Counted from the first letter of the stretch, positions 1-11,104 are shown. The stretch is 64,000 nt of DNA from an uncultured bacterium (GCA_963845185.1 CAWJRG010000009.1:736001-800000), one strand, 5' to 3'. Notes: a model not told the origin generated them from the sequence alone. Numbers and translations: made by a program.

Positions 1-1589
1 CGCAACTGATTATCAATACGTCGACTTTCATGCCTTTCAGTGCCTATTACATGAAGACCACCAAGATCCTTTACTCCGTTACCAAGCACAATATCTGTCC
101 CGCGGCCAGCCATATTGGTTGCTACTGTTACTGCACTTTTCTGCCCTGCAAGTGCGATTATTTCTGCTTCCCTCTCATGGTTTTTCGCGTTTAATAGCTC
201 ATGAGGTATGCCTCTTTTTTCAAGTATTGTACTAAGACGTTCGTTTTTCTCAATTGATGTTGTGCCTACAAGTGCTGGTTGACCTCTCTTATAGCAATCA
301 ATTATATCTTCGGCAATTGCCTTGAATTTGCCTTTTTCAGTCTTATAAACAACATCAGGATTATCCATGCGTATCATAGGTTTATTTGTGGGTATTACTA
401 AGACATCAAGTTTATATATATGCCAGAATTCTTCAGCTTCAGTTTCTGCCGTTCCGGTCATGCCAGATAATTTCTTATACATCCTGAAATAATTTTGTAA
501 AGTAATTGTGGCCAGCGTTTGGTTTTCACGTTCGATTTTAACTCGTTCTTTTGCCTCAACTGCTTGATGAAGTCCATCAGACCACCTGCGCCCAGGCATC
601 AACCGACCAGTAAACTCGTCAACTATAATTACTTTTCCTTCTTTGACAATATAGTCCTTATCGCGTTTAAACAATGTATGAGCTTTAAGCGCTTGATCAA
701 CATGATGTATTATTTCAATGTTCTGGGGTTCATAAAGATTTTGTTTGCCTAATAATTTTTCCGCTTTAGCGACGCCTGCCTCAGTAAGAGTGGATGTATG
801 GGCTTTTTCGTCAATCTGGTAATCGGTATTAGGCATAAATTTTGGTATTATTCTGTCTATGCTATAATACAATTCTGTTGATTCCTCTGCGGGGCCTGAA
901 ATAATAAGAGGTGTCCGTGCTTCATCGATTAATATGCTGTCAACTTCATCAACTATAGCATAATTCAATTCACGTTGAACTCTTTCTTGTGGATAAACAG
1001 CCATGTTATCCCTTAAATAATCAAATCCAAATTCATTATTTGTCCCGTAAGTTATATCACATGCGTAAGCCTTCTGACGTTCTTCGGTTGAAAATTCATT
1101 TTTTATGCATCCTACCGTAAGTCCGAGAAAATTATAAATGTTACCCATGCCCTTAAAATTACCCTTACCCATGCTGTCTCGTTCGGCAAGATAATCATTA
1201 ACAGTTACAACGTGTACGCCTTTACCGGCAAGGGCATTTAAATATACAGGAAGTGTCGCAACAAGCGTTTTCCCTTCGCCAGTTTTCATCTCTGCTATTT
1301 TCCCGTGATGAAGTACCATGCCTCCCATTAATTGCACATCAAAATGCCTTAAGCCAAGAGTTCTTTTACTTGCTTCGCGGACAACAGCAAAAGCTTCCGG
1401 AAGAAGATCTTCCAAAGTTTCGCCGTTTTTATAACGGTTTTTTAAAATTTCGGTTTGATTTTTCAAATCACCATCAGATAATTTTTTAAGTTCTTCTTCA
1501 AGCAAGTTTATTTGCTCAACTACAGGCAGCATTTTTTTCATTTCCCTTTCATTTCTTGTTCCCAAAACTTTTTTAATAAAATCAAGCAT
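1..1589 (-). CDS. secA: Preprotein translocase ATPase SecA (5' part; runs off window start)
   Basis: Manual translation gives [19 protein letters not shown]..., [86 protein letters not shown] upstream. Missing from the ORF track because it is truncated. Confidence 0.97.
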   Translation of the reverse strand, partial: MLDFIKKVLGTRNEREMKKMLPVVEQINLLEEELKKLSDGDLKNQTEILKNRYKNGETLEDLLPEAFAVVREASKRTLGLRHFDVQLMGGMVLHHGKIAEMKTGEGKTLVATLPVYLNALAGKGVHVVTVNDYLAERDSMGKGNFKGMGNIYNFLGLTVGCIKNEFSTEERQKAYACDITYGTNNEFGFDYLRDNMAVYPQERVQRELNYAIVDEVDSILIDEARTPLIISGPAEESTELYYSIDRIIPKFMPNTDYQIDEKAHTSTLTEAGVAKAEKLLGKQNLYEPQNIEIIHHVDQALKAHTLFKRDKDYIVKEGKVIIVDEFTGRLMPGRRWSDGLHQAVEAKERVKIERENQTLATITLQNYFRMYKKLSGMTGTAETEAEEFWHIYKLDVLVIPTNKPMIRMDNPDVVYKTEKGKFKAIAEDIIDCYKRGQPALVGTTSIEKNERLSTILEKRGIPHELLNAKNHEREAEIIALAGQKSAVTVATNMAGRGTDIVLGNGVKDLGGLHVIGTERHESRRIDNQL

Positions 1590-1687
1590 TAGTATTTACT
1601 CCTTTAAGAATTGAAAAATTTCTCTAATGATAACATAATTAGAGCGTTTTTCAATAATGATGTTTGTAAGTTCGTATTGTTTGTTTT

Positions 1688-2374
1688 TTAGTATAATATA
1701 TTCTTATAATAAATAACCATCAATGCAAGATCTGCCATGAAATGACTTATTATTGGTGCGTATATATTGCTATTTATATGCCTCAAATAGCACCAAATTA
1801 CACTTACAACAAATAGAACCGGCATAAATATCAAAGCTATCCTAAACGAAAAAATAATCCTTATCGTAACGAAATGATATTGTATAAAAAAGAAGGAAAT
1901 AACAACTGATGAAGACGGTATTCTTATCTTTTTCCCGTACTGATAATACAAATAACCACGCCAAAATAATTCCTCCACTACAGAATTGAAAAGAATGAAA
2001 TAAATAGCCAGTAGGAAAAAATATTTCTTAGGAAAGCCGACGACGTTAAAAACCATATTTAAATGCAATTTATTAAGTAATTGCGATTTTAAATATGAAA
2101 ACAAAAAAATTATAGTACCAAAATAAATAATCCCCAATAAAACCCCTGATATTATGCTCCGTCTATCAATTCTGCCAAGACCTAAGATTTCGTGCATCGA
2201 CGACGTTCCTTTTCGGTAAAAAAAATAATAATCCAATGACGGTATTAAAAGGCAAATAATAATATGATAAAGAACAAATGTAAAAATCATATTTTTCATC
2301 ATTGAAAATCCCAAATATACAAAAACAAGCGGTAAAAAACTGATTATTATTGTACGAACGGAAATATTTTTCAT
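1688..2374 (-). CDS. CPBP/Abi-family (CAAX protease-like) intramembrane metalloprotease
   Basis: Multi-TM protein with EELFWRG, FxxxH and SHFMAD motifs. Confidence 0.85.
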   Translation of the reverse strand: MKNISVRTIIISFLPLVFVYLGFSMMKNMIFTFVLYHIIICLLIPSLDYYFFYRKGTSSMHEILGLGRIDRRSIISGVLLGIIYFGTIIFLFSYLKSQLLNKLHLNMVFNVVGFPKKYFFLLAIYFILFNSVVEELFWRGYLYYQYGKKIRIPSSSVVISFFFIQYHFVTIRIIFSFRIALIFMPVLFVVSVIWCYLRHINSNIYAPIISHFMADLALMVIYYKNILY

Positions 2375-2380
2375 AAAAAA

Positions 2381-2920
2381 TCAATATTTTTTTTCTTTTA
2401 TTAAATTGCCGTTTTCATCAAATTCTTTTATTGATTTTAGTTTGCCATGAACGTAAACCTCCTCTATACCCAACCCTCCGGATTCATAATATCTACGCAG
2501 AATACCATCAAGTTCACCTTGCTTATACATAGCGTATGATTCCAGTTTTCCATCAGGATAATATAGTTTGAAGATACCATCCCTAGAACCTTTTTTATAA
2601 ATTCCCTCAAGTTTTACATCGCCAGACTCGAAATACTGAGTATAAATACCGTCTAACAAAGTATCTCTAAATGTTCCTGTTTCTTCAAGCATACCTGATT
2701 CGAAATAAAGTTTATAGTAACCATCAAGCTCACCATTTTTGTATGAAATTTCTGACTGAATTTTATCCGAGATATAATATTCTTTAACTACGCCATTTAT
2801 TGTACGACCTTCTTTTTTTATTGTACCATCATCATTATATATCCATTTTGCTATTTCACTACCATCTTGAAAATAGAATTTTTGTATGTTTCCGTTAATC
2901 TTCGCTATTATTTCTTCCAT
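2381..2920 (-). CDS. MORN-variant repeat protein (YwqK-like)
   Basis: Repeated G-x-Y-x-x-Y-x-x-S/D-G-x-L units (DGYYKLYFESG, DGIYTQYFESG, DGIFKLYYPDG). Start moved to MEEIIAK after AGAGG. Confidence 0.8.
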   Translation of the reverse strand: MEEIIAKINGNIQKFYFQDGSEIAKWIYNDDGTIKKEGRTINGVVKEYYISDKIQSEISYKNGELDGYYKLYFESGMLEETGTFRDTLLDGIYTQYFESGDVKLEGIYKKGSRDGIFKLYYPDGKLESYAMYKQGELDGILRRYYESGGLGIEEVYVHGKLKSIKEFDENGNLIKEKKY

Positions 2921-3014
2921 TTTTTCCTCTTTTTGTTTATTCTTTTTATTCTTTAATAATATATCATATGAAAATTTAAAAATCAAAACAAATTTCCAAT
3001 CTGAAAAATTTAAA

Positions 3015-5645
3015 TTACTTAAGCTTGTCCTTTAATTCCTTTAATTTGAGAAGCGCATCTACAGGAGCTATCGAATCTATATTGGTTTTTTCTAGTTCAA
3101 ATACAATCTGACTATTTATTGAAAAATCAAACAAGTTATCCTGCTCTATATTTTTATCAAAACCGGCTATTTTTGATTTTCCATCTTTTGTATAATTTGC
3201 CTCTTCAAGGTTTTTCAATATTTTATTGGCGCTATTTATAACTAATTCGGGTAGTCCTGCAAGTTTAGCAACATGTATTCCATAACTTTTGTCTGTACTT
3301 CCTTTGATAATCTTGCGTAAAAAAATTATCTTTTCACCCCATTCTTTTACCTGTATATTATAATTTTTTGCTCCTTTAAGTACATCGGAAAGTTCAGTTA
3401 ATTCATAGTAATGCGTAGCAAAAAGCGTTTTTGCCCTTATTTGATTATGAATATATTCAGTAATAGCCCATGCAATTGATATTCCGTCAAAAGTACTTGT
3501 CCCCCTTCCCACTTCATCTAAAAGTACAAGGGATTTTGTGGTAGCATTGTTTAAAATATTAGCCGTCTCTATCATTTCAACCATAAAGGTTGACTGACCG
3601 CGCGCTAGGTAATCTGCTGCACCGACGCGTGTAAAAATTTTATCAATTATACCTATTTTTGCATTTTTTGCAGGTACAAAAGAACCGATTTGTGCCATTA
3701 TTACTATCAAAGCCACTTGTCTCATATAAGTTGATTTTCCTGCCATATTAGGGCCGGTTATTATCATTACAAGATTTTCATTATTGTCTAAATTTGTATC
3801 GTTTGATATGAATTCATTATAACCCAGGTTTTTTTCAACTACAGGATGCCTGCCTTCTTCAATGTGCATAATATCAGTCATATTAACTTCTGGTTTTTCA
3901 TAATTATTGTTTATTGCAGCCATTGCAAGAGAAACCAGACAATCAAGTACAGCTATTTTTTTTGCTAACTCTTGGATATCTTCAATATATTTTGAAATTT
4001 TTTCTCTTATATCTATAAATATTTTATACTCCATTTCTTTAATCTTGTCCTGAGCTCCCAGAATCATACTTTCATATTCTTTTAATTCTGGCATTATAAA
4101 TCTTTCTCCGTTAACAAGCGTTTGTTTCCTTATATAATCTTGAGGTACACTTTTTAAGTTTGCCTTGCTTACTTCTAAAAAATAACCAAATATTGATGTA
4201 TAACCAACTTTAAGAGAGGAAATGCCTGTCCTTTTTCTTTCCCTTTCCTGCAAAGAAGCTATCCATATCTTCCCATTTTCGTTAATATCCCTTAGCTTTT
4301 TAAGCTCTTCGCTGTATGCCGGTTTAATTATTTCTCCTTCTTTTATTGATATGGAAGGTTCTTCCATTATTGCTAAATCAATTAATTCATAAATCGTATT
4401 AATATTGGGATTTAAAAATGAAAATTTATCTTTTAATAAAGCCGCTCCGGATGTTTTAATATATTCATCAAGTTCTTTTACGGCTGCTATTGTCATTTTG
4501 AGAGCTATCATATCCCTCGCATTTACAGATTGGCTTCCAAGTTTACCTCCAATTCTTTCAATATCATTAATTTTTTTTAATAATTCCCTGATATTTTCTC
4601 TTATATCTGAAAAATCTAAGTGAAATTGAATTATGTCCTGCCTTTCCTTTATTTTTTTTATGTTGGTCAGAGGAAATTTAACCCATTTTTTAAGTTCCCT
4701 ACTGCCCATAGCCGTTTCGGTATAATCAAGGACATCATATAAGGTGCTGTATTTAGGGCCCTTTATATTCGATTCAACAATTTCAAGATTGCGTAAGCTT
4801 ACTGAGTCAATGTGCAATATTTCAGAAGTTTCGTAACGGCTAATTTTGTTAATATGAAAAAGCAGAGTTTTTTGAGTTTCGTATAGATAATTCATAAGTG
4901 CACCAGCAGCGCATATAACAATATCTTTTTTCTCCAAACCAAAGCCATCCATGTTCATTACTCGAAAATGTTCGACCAATTTATCATGGGCAACATCCAC
5001 TTGATAATTCCAATCGCTGTAGAAATTTACAAAAATACTGTGTTCGCTGTTTTTAAACCTTTCAATTAGATTTTTTTGGTAGTCTTTATTTTCATTGAAA
5101 GATTCAGGCATTATAATTTCAGAGGGTTGTATTTTTTCTATTTCGTCAATAATTTTGTCGAAATTTTTATTATAATCAAATTCTTCAATGTAAAACTCAC
5201 CAGTCGATATGTCAACAAATGCAATAGCGGCAATACTTTTTTCAATATAAATAGATAAAAGATAATTATTTGATTTTTTATCAAGTCCTGCCTCATCTAA
5301 AATTGTTCCTGGAGTTATAATCTTAATTATTTCCCTTTTTACTATCCCTTTCGCCAATTTTGGATCTTCAACTTGTTCGCAAACAGCCACTTTATAGCCG
5401 TTATTTATCAACTTAAGAATATATGCATTTGCTGCATGAAATGGGATTCCGCACATTGGCATTTTTATTTGCCTGCCTTCTCCCACACTTCTTGCCGTAA
5501 GCGCAATTTGTAATATTCCCGAAGCTATTTTAGCATCTTCACCAAACATTTCATAAAAATCGCCTAATCTAAAGAATAAAATTGCGTCCTTGTATTTTTT
5601 TTTCATTTCTAAATATTGTGTCATCATTGGAGTTAAATCGGACAT
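3015..5645 (-). CDS. mutS: DNA mismatch repair protein MutS
   Basis: TPMMTQY, FRLGDFYEMF, TGPNMAGKSTYMRQ, STFMVEM, DEVGRGTST, FATHY, SYGIHVA. Confidence 0.98.
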   Translation of the reverse strand: MSDLTPMMTQYLEMKKKYKDAILFFRLGDFYEMFGEDAKIASGILQIALTARSVGEGRQIKMPMCGIPFHAANAYILKLINNGYKVAVCEQVEDPKLAKGIVKREIIKIITPGTILDEAGLDKKSNNYLLSIYIEKSIAAIAFVDISTGEFYIEEFDYNKNFDKIIDEIEKIQPSEIIMPESFNENKDYQKNLIERFKNSEHSIFVNFYSDWNYQVDVAHDKLVEHFRVMNMDGFGLEKKDIVICAAGALMNYLYETQKTLLFHINKISRYETSEILHIDSVSLRNLEIVESNIKGPKYSTLYDVLDYTETAMGSRELKKWVKFPLTNIKKIKERQDIIQFHLDFSDIRENIRELLKKINDIERIGGKLGSQSVNARDMIALKMTIAAVKELDEYIKTSGAALLKDKFSFLNPNINTIYELIDLAIMEEPSISIKEGEIIKPAYSEELKKLRDINENGKIWIASLQERERKRTGISSLKVGYTSIFGYFLEVSKANLKSVPQDYIRKQTLVNGERFIMPELKEYESMILGAQDKIKEMEYKIFIDIREKISKYIEDIQELAKKIAVLDCLVSLAMAAINNNYEKPEVNMTDIMHIEEGRHPVVEKNLGYNEFISNDTNLDNNENLVMIITGPNMAGKSTYMRQVALIVIMAQIGSFVPAKNAKIGIIDKIFTRVGAADYLARGQSTFMVEMIETANILNNATTKSLVLLDEVGRGTSTFDGISIAWAITEYIHNQIRAKTLFATHYYELTELSDVLKGAKNYNIQVKEWGEKIIFLRKIIKGSTDKSYGIHVAKLAGLPELVINSANKILKNLEEANYTKDGKSKIAGFDKNIEQDNLFDFSINSQIVFELEKTNIDSIAPVDALLKLKELKDKLK

Positions 5646-5654
5646 TTCATCACC

Positions 5655-5683
5655 AAAAAAAAACACGGACTGGAAAGTCCGTG
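5655..5683 (-). terminator. Intrinsic terminator between the TPR gene and mutS
   Basis: Minus strand CACGGACT-TTCC-AGTCCGTG, a perfect 8-bp stem, followed by T9. Confidence 0.8.
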
Positions 5684-5706
5684 AAGTATAATTTTTTTTT
5701 AATATT

Positions 5707-6615
5707 CTATTCTTCCTTCTGTTTAATCTTTGCCAACCTTTTATCTATTATCCTTATTTTCTCATCTGCATATGTTCGCCATAATGAATCAGAAAAAGTG
5801 TCGATTAATGTACTAAAACTTTCCTTGGCAAGTTCATAATCCCCATCTTTATACTGGGCTATAGCAAGGCCTATTAAAGCTTCCTCAACAAACAAAGATC
5901 TACTTTTTATCATATTTTGAAATAAATCTTCAGCGGCTTTATTATCACCACTATCGATAAGATTTATGCCCTTATACAACGATGCCAGAGTAGAGAAATA
6001 CTTGTTTTCATCATTTTTAATTACCATATCATAATATTCTGCAGCTTTATTAAAGTTTCTTTTTGAGTGGTATATATGCCCGCAGTATATGGCAGACCAA
6101 TTATAAAACCATACATCGTTTATATAATTCTGCAAAATTTCATTATAACTTGATAGGGCTTTATCATAATCTCCTTTACCTTTATAAAGGGAAGCAATGT
6201 TAAATAACGCCATGACTTTATACTGCCCGCGTGGATATTTTTTTAAATATAAATTATAGGCGTTTATTGCTCTGTCATAATTATTTTTAAGCATAAAAAT
6301 TCTACCAATTTCAAAAAACGCTTCTTCTGCCTGTGGATTTTTTTTAAATTCTTTGATTATTGATGTATATTCCTCAACGGCTTTTTCAGTTTGCTCTTTT
6401 TTTTGGTAAATTTTCGCGCTTAATAAGGCGGATTGCAAAGCCCAGTCACTATCTGGATATACCTGTTTTAAATTGTTGCATATCTTTAAGGCCTCTTCGT
6501 ATTTGCCAATTTGAAAATATTTTTCTGCCTGTACTATGGGGTCTTCTGCAAATAAATGTAAGGTAATAAATAAAAAAAATATAATTAGAAAAAACGATCT
6601 ATTGTTCTTCTTCAT
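5707..6615 (-). CDS. Exported tetratricopeptide-repeat protein (BamD/CpoB-like repeats)
   Basis: Signal peptide; tandem TPR helices (A..EY..II..F..NP.AEEA.F.IG). Confidence 0.8.
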   Translation of the reverse strand: MKKNNRSFFLIIFFLFITLHLFAEDPIVQAEKYFQIGKYEEALKICNNLKQVYPDSDWALQSALLSAKIYQKKEQTEKAVEEYTSIIKEFKKNPQAEEAFFEIGRIFMLKNNYDRAINAYNLYLKKYPRGQYKVMALFNIASLYKGKGDYDKALSSYNEILQNYINDVWFYNWSAIYCGHIYHSKRNFNKAAEYYDMVIKNDENKYFSTLASLYKGINLIDSGDNKAAEDLFQNMIKSRSLFVEEALIGLAIAQYKDGDYELAKESFSTLIDTFSDSLWRTYADEKIRIIDKRLAKIKQKEE

Positions 6616-7591
6616 AAACTTTGCGATTAATCTCTTCGAGATTCTTTAAACTGTTAATTTTTTCTTCTGCCTCGTGCACGTAATTTTCCTTACTATAATA
6701 TTGGAACATTACCCTGCTGTAAGCTTCTTTAGCCTCTGCTATGTCACCAGCCAGTTTATATGTATCACCTATGTCAATCGCGGCACGGGGCGCCCATTCT
6801 GTATTTGCAAATTTATACTCAATGAGTGTATATTCCTTTACTGCGCTTTTGAACCTATTTGTTTGAGCGAGTATTGAAGCCAGTTGAAATCTTGCATTTA
6901 TTTCATCCTGCGAATTTGGAAAATACTTAACTATATTCCTAAAAATATTCTCAGCTCTTTTAAAATTCCTAGTGCGTATATATATAATCGCCATACTTGT
7001 ATATGCACGGATTGCATTTTTGGAATCTTGGTTTTTTCTTATTATATCCTTATATATTTCTATTGCATAATTCCATTTTTGAAGATTCGAATAACAATTA
7101 GCTAAACGATAATACGCTTCATCAGATACTTCACCTTTTGGTTTTTCTGCTAAAACTTTCTGAAATGTTATGATAGCTTTGTCGTAATTTCCGTTATATT
7201 GATAAGCATTAGCAAGAAAATATTTTATATTATAAAGCTGCTTTGAGGTGGGATAATTCTGAATAGTTCTTTCCCATATTTCTATTGCACCAGCATAATC
7301 TTCCAAATCGTAATATTTTTTACCTTCCTTAAACAAATCACCAACTTCTTTTTCAATCGTTTCTTGTGATTTTTCTTTTGCTTCCACAGATATGCCTGAT
7401 TTCATTATGTCTTCCTGTTTTGCCTGCGGTGTTGGTTCTGTTGTTGGTACTACACCGGAATTCATTTCATTTTCATTTACAACGATTCTATTCTCATTGC
7501 CAGGTATATTCGTATCCTGGGAAAATAATGGCAGGCTTAACAAGCATAAAAATATTATCAAATAATATAATATAAAATAAGATTTTTTCAT
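6599..7591 (-). CDS. Exported tetratricopeptide-repeat protein
   Basis: Signal peptide, low-complexity linker, TPR repeats; overlaps the start of the downstream TPR gene. Confidence 0.8.
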   Translation of the reverse strand: MKKSYFILYYLIIFLCLLSLPLFSQDTNIPGNENRIVVNENEMNSGVVPTTEPTPQAKQEDIMKSGISVEAKEKSQETIEKEVGDLFKEGKKYYDLEDYAGAIEIWERTIQNYPTSKQLYNIKYFLANAYQYNGNYDKAIITFQKVLAEKPKGEVSDEAYYRLANCYSNLQKWNYAIEIYKDIIRKNQDSKNAIRAYTSMAIIYIRTRNFKRAENIFRNIVKYFPNSQDEINARFQLASILAQTNRFKSAVKEYTLIEYKFANTEWAPRAAIDIGDTYKLAGDIAEAKEAYSRVMFQYYSKENYVHEAEEKINSLKNLEEINRKVYEEEQ

Positions 7592-7666
7592 TATTTTCTC
7601 TCCTTTTTTACATACATTTTCTTTATTTTTTCTTACATTATCATATTATTTTTGCTTTGTCAATAA

Positions 7667-8242
7667 TCATAAATTTTTAAAAAAAGTGCCTGCTGAAATG
7701 AAATGTTGATTCCAATAAGGCTTATAAAGCGAATCTGTTTGAACACATTTTGTGGCTGAAGGTGAGTGTATGAATTTCCCGTTTCCTATGTATATACCGA
7801 CGTGTGTAGGCCATTGCGCATATGTGCCAAAAAACAGCAAATCGCCTTTCCGAGCCAAACTAAAAGGAATTATCTTTGCTGTCATGTATTGCTCATATAC
7901 AGTCCTTGGTATTTTTATGCCTGCTTTCATATAAGAATAATGTGTTAATCCTGAACAATCAATCCCTTCCCCGTTAGGGTCATCGCTTGACCAGTACGAT
8001 ATGCCAATCAAACTTTTTGCTATAGAGATAATCACCTGCCTTTTAATTAATGTTTTACTAATATTTTTGGATTTCGCATGTGAAAATGATACAATACTAA
8101 TATCTTTTTTTATACAAGAATACATTTTTTTAAGTTTTTCTTTTGGCAAGTAATTCTCCTCTTCATGACAAAAAATCAAATTTGAAAATAGTAGAGTTAA
8201 TAAAATACTTAAAATTTTAAAGGATTTCATAAATATATTCAC
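7667..8242 (-). CDS. NlpC/P60 (C40) cell-wall peptidase
   Basis: GIDCSGL, IPRT, GDLLFF, HVGIYIGNGKFIHSPS. Confidence 0.92.
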   Translation of the reverse strand: MNIFMKSFKILSILLTLLFSNLIFCHEEENYLPKEKLKKMYSCIKKDISIVSFSHAKSKNISKTLIKRQVIISIAKSLIGISYWSSDDPNGEGIDCSGLTHYSYMKAGIKIPRTVYEQYMTAKIIPFSLARKGDLLFFGTYAQWPTHVGIYIGNGKFIHSPSATKCVQTDSLYKPYWNQHFISAGTFFKNL

Positions 8243-8324
8243 CTCACAGCTTCGTATTATTTGTAATTCATCAGATTGTATTTTGGTTGATAAAATATTA
8301 TTTGTAAAATTCCATAATAAATAA

Positions 8325-8783
8325 TCAAAAAAAAGTTCCTACGCTGAAATAATGTTTTTGCCAATAAGGATTGTCTATGCTTACTATTTGGATTCTTTTG
8401 CCCTGGGATGGCGAATGAATGAATTTATTATCGCCTAAGTATATACCTACGTGAGACGCACCCGAACCGTTTGTTGAAAAAAATATCAAGTCGGCAGGTT
8501 TGATTTCAGATAAACTTATTTTTCTAGAATAATTATATTGATTTTGTGAAGTCCTTGGTATTCTTATGCCTGCTTCCCTGTAGGCATATTGTGTCAAGCC
8601 AGAACAATCAAATCCCCATGAAGGATCTTGTTTGCCATATTTGTATTGTTTGTTTAGCATGTTTTTAGCAATTCTAATTATAAGCAATCTCTGATTTGAA
8701 TTTGTGCTTTTTAAAGAAGCGCATGAAGGTAAAATAAGAATATAAATAATAAATGCTGTTATAATTTTAAATATGATTTTCAT
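8325..8783 (-). CDS. NlpC/P60 (C40) lipoprotein
   Basis: Lipobox LPSC; GFDCSGL, IPRTS, HVGIYLGDNKFIHSPS. Confidence 0.92.
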   Translation of the reverse strand: MKIIFKIITAFIIYILILPSCASLKSTNSNQRLLIIRIAKNMLNKQYKYGKQDPSWGFDCSGLTQYAYREAGIRIPRTSQNQYNYSRKISLSEIKPADLIFFSTNGSGASHVGIYLGDNKFIHSPSQGKRIQIVSIDNPYWQKHYFSVGTFF

Positions 8784-9445
8784 TTTATAGCTCTTAACAT
8801 TTTTTTGCTTTTTATATCGTCGTCTATTATATACATTATATAAGTATCTATTAGGTAATTTATTTCATTAATGGGTGCATCTTTTACCGTCATATTCTCT
8901 ATTGTTTCTGTATTTTCTAAAATATGCGAAAAATAATCTCTTATTTCCTTTTTTGTTTTACTTTCGGAAAGAAATATTTTGTTATCGGTAATATTAAAGC
9001 CAGCATGTTTTAAAAGTTTTAACTTAAAAAATGATTCGATAAATCCGTCGTTTGCGTAGTCTACTGAATCAATGTGCCGTAATATTTGTTTTGTAAGAAC
9101 AAAAAGTTCTTCAGCAGGAGATTCAGCCGGTAGAAATTTATCCAGAAGTTCAGCTATAAGATATGCCAGATATATCTTTTCAAGTGATGCACGGATATTT
9201 TCATATGCACAAAACTGGGATGCCTGGATTAATCTGAAATATTTTGTGGTTTCTTTTTTGCGCATCAAATAATAATGATTTAGAGAAAAAAGTTCAAGAA
9301 CTGGTTTTAATCTGCTTGTCAGTTTTTTTGTGCTTTTTGATAGTATAAAAGTTTTACCAATCTGCTCGGTAAATAATACAGTTATATTGTCATTTTCGTT
9401 TACGGTATAGTTATTCAAAACTATACCGTCGGTTTTAATCTCCAT
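8780..9445 (-). CDS. recO: DNA repair protein RecO
   Basis: N-terminal OB fold (TDGIVL...ENDNITVLFTEQIGK), FKLKLLKHAGF; C-terminal Zn finger absent. Confidence 0.85.
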   Translation of the reverse strand: MEIKTDGIVLNNYTVNENDNITVLFTEQIGKTFILSKSTKKLTSRLKPVLELFSLNHYYLMRKKETTKYFRLIQASQFCAYENIRASLEKIYLAYLIAELLDKFLPAESPAEELFVLTKQILRHIDSVDYANDGFIESFFKLKLLKHAGFNITDNKIFLSESKTKKEIRDYFSHILENTETIENMTVKDAPINEINYLIDTYIMYIIDDDIKSKKMLRAIK

Positions 9446-9535
9446 CGGTTTTAATAAAAATTTCTAAAAAAAGAATAGTTGTAAAATCAAAATTGTATAT
9501 ATGTAGTATTATATTCATTTAGTAGCTTATTTAAA

Positions 9536-9964
9536 TTAATAATAACCTTCCCCAATATTGAATCCACCTTCGCCACCTGCCAGTAAAGTTAAAACAACGC
9601 TGATAATTATCAGTATGAGAAGCACTACCAAGCCGATTCCCATTATTATCAGGCAGTTCTTTCCGAACTTTTTAGCAAGTTCATCCTTTTGCGAGAAATA
9701 AATCAAACCAATAATAAAACCTGCTATTGGGCTAAAAAAGGAAATGATATAAGCAATATATTTTATTAAACCTTCAGGTGCATAAAAATACACAGATTTG
9801 ACAACAGAAGCAAATTGTACTTTAGGGATACAATTTCCGCAATAATTTTTATCATTTGTTTTTTTTACAGTTTCTTCGGTCAGCAATGTACCGCAATTTA
9901 AGCACGCCGCTACATATTTGGGTGTGTTTCTTTGAACAATACTTTTTCGCGGAATTTTTTTCAT
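9536..9964 (-). CDS. Hypothetical membrane protein with N-terminal CxxC-CxxC zinc ribbon
   Basis: CLNC...CGNC followed by two TM helices; GAGG RBS. Confidence 0.7.
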   Translation of the reverse strand: MKKIPRKSIVQRNTPKYVAACLNCGTLLTEETVKKTNDKNYCGNCIPKVQFASVVKSVYFYAPEGLIKYIAYIISFFSPIAGFIIGLIYFSQKDELAKKFGKNCLIIMGIGLVVLLILIIISVVLTLLAGGEGGFNIGEGYY

Positions 9965-9973
9965 AATAACACC

Positions 9974-10474
9974 TCATTTTAAAATTTTTTCAATATTTAA
10001 CAGTCTGACTTTCCATTTCATACCTGAAGCAAAACCGCCGAGCTCTCCTCCACTTTTTATAATCCTGTGGCATGGTAATATCACTGGAAATGGATTACTA
10101 TGAAGAGCCCTTCCAACTGCTCTTGCTTTACTGTCATTGCCCAGTTGCCTCGCTACCCATTTATATGTTTTTAGTTCGCCATAAGGTATCTTTTTAAGTA
10201 CAGCAAGGACACTCTGAGTGAAAGTTGAAATACCGTTCATGTATAACTTAATACCTGAAAAATCAACTTTCTTCCCTCTGAAATAATTCTCTAACATGCA
10301 CTTTACGCCGTAAATATGTTCCAGCGATTCCTCTTCTGGTTTTTTATAAGCCTTTTTTATTTTTTTAATTAATTTTCCTATGCTTTCTTCTGGCATAAAA
10401 ACGCGCCTCAAGCCTTTATTATCGTATATAAAAGCTCCAGGCCCGAAATTTGTTGAATATATTGAAAAATTCAT
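9974..10474 (-). CDS. ogt: Methylated-DNA-protein-cysteine S-methyltransferase
   Basis: IPYG, ARAVG, active-site PCHR motif. Confidence 0.93.
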   Translation of the reverse strand: MNFSIYSTNFGPGAFIYDNKGLRRVFMPEESIGKLIKKIKKAYKKPEEESLEHIYGVKCMLENYFRGKKVDFSGIKLYMNGISTFTQSVLAVLKKIPYGELKTYKWVARQLGNDSKARAVGRALHSNPFPVILPCHRIIKSGGELGGFASGMKWKVRLLNIEKILK

Positions 10475-10506
10475 ATTATTTTACCGTATGTTATTTTACA
10501 ATGAAA

Positions 10507-11073
10507 TTAAAAATTTACTTTCGGAACTTCTTTAGCCTTTTCTTCAGCCTTAAAATAAACATCCTTGACTTTAAAACCAGTCATTCCAGCTATTATATTA
10601 CCAGGAAAGCTCCTTACAGTAGTATTATATTCCTGCACTATCTCGTTATACCTTTTTCTTTCAACTGCTATTCTGTTTTCCGTGCCAGCAAGTTCATCCA
10701 TTAATTTTTCAAAAGACTCATTTGCTTTCAACTGGGGGTAATTTTCAGATATTGCAAGTAGCCTTGAAATCGCACCGTCAAGTTGGGAATACGCGTTTAC
10801 TTTTTCATTAATGGATTTTGCGCCGGCAAGCTTTGCCCTTGCATCAGCTACATCGTCAAATACCGCTTTTTCGTGTTTTGCGTAACCTTTTACTGTATTT
10901 ACCAGGTTGGGAATAAGGTCATTCCTTCTCTGCAATACATTTTCAACCTGAGCCCACGATCCGGTTATTGCGGTGTCGAGAGCCACAAGGCGGTTGTAGG
11001 AAGACCCAATCATACCGCCTATGATTAAAGCCAAAATCACAATTGCCAATAAAACTTTCATACCGGTTTTCAT
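10507..11073 (-). CDS. lemA: LemA family protein
   Basis: N-terminal TM, QRRNDLIPNLV, ENYPQLKA, TENRIAVERKRYN. Confidence 0.95.
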   Translation of the reverse strand: MKTGMKVLLAIVILALIIGGMIGSSYNRLVALDTAITGSWAQVENVLQRRNDLIPNLVNTVKGYAKHEKAVFDDVADARAKLAGAKSINEKVNAYSQLDGAISRLLAISENYPQLKANESFEKLMDELAGTENRIAVERKRYNEIVQEYNTTVRSFPGNIIAGMTGFKVKDVYFKAEEKAKEVPKVNF

Positions 11074-11104
11074 TTTTTCCTCCTTTTCACTAAGCTTTCT
11101 GACT

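Noticed and set aside
2381..2920. MORN/YwqK protein plus Abi-family protease as a toxin-antitoxin or defence system
   Set aside because: No cognate toxin nearby, and both families are common in housekeeping contexts.
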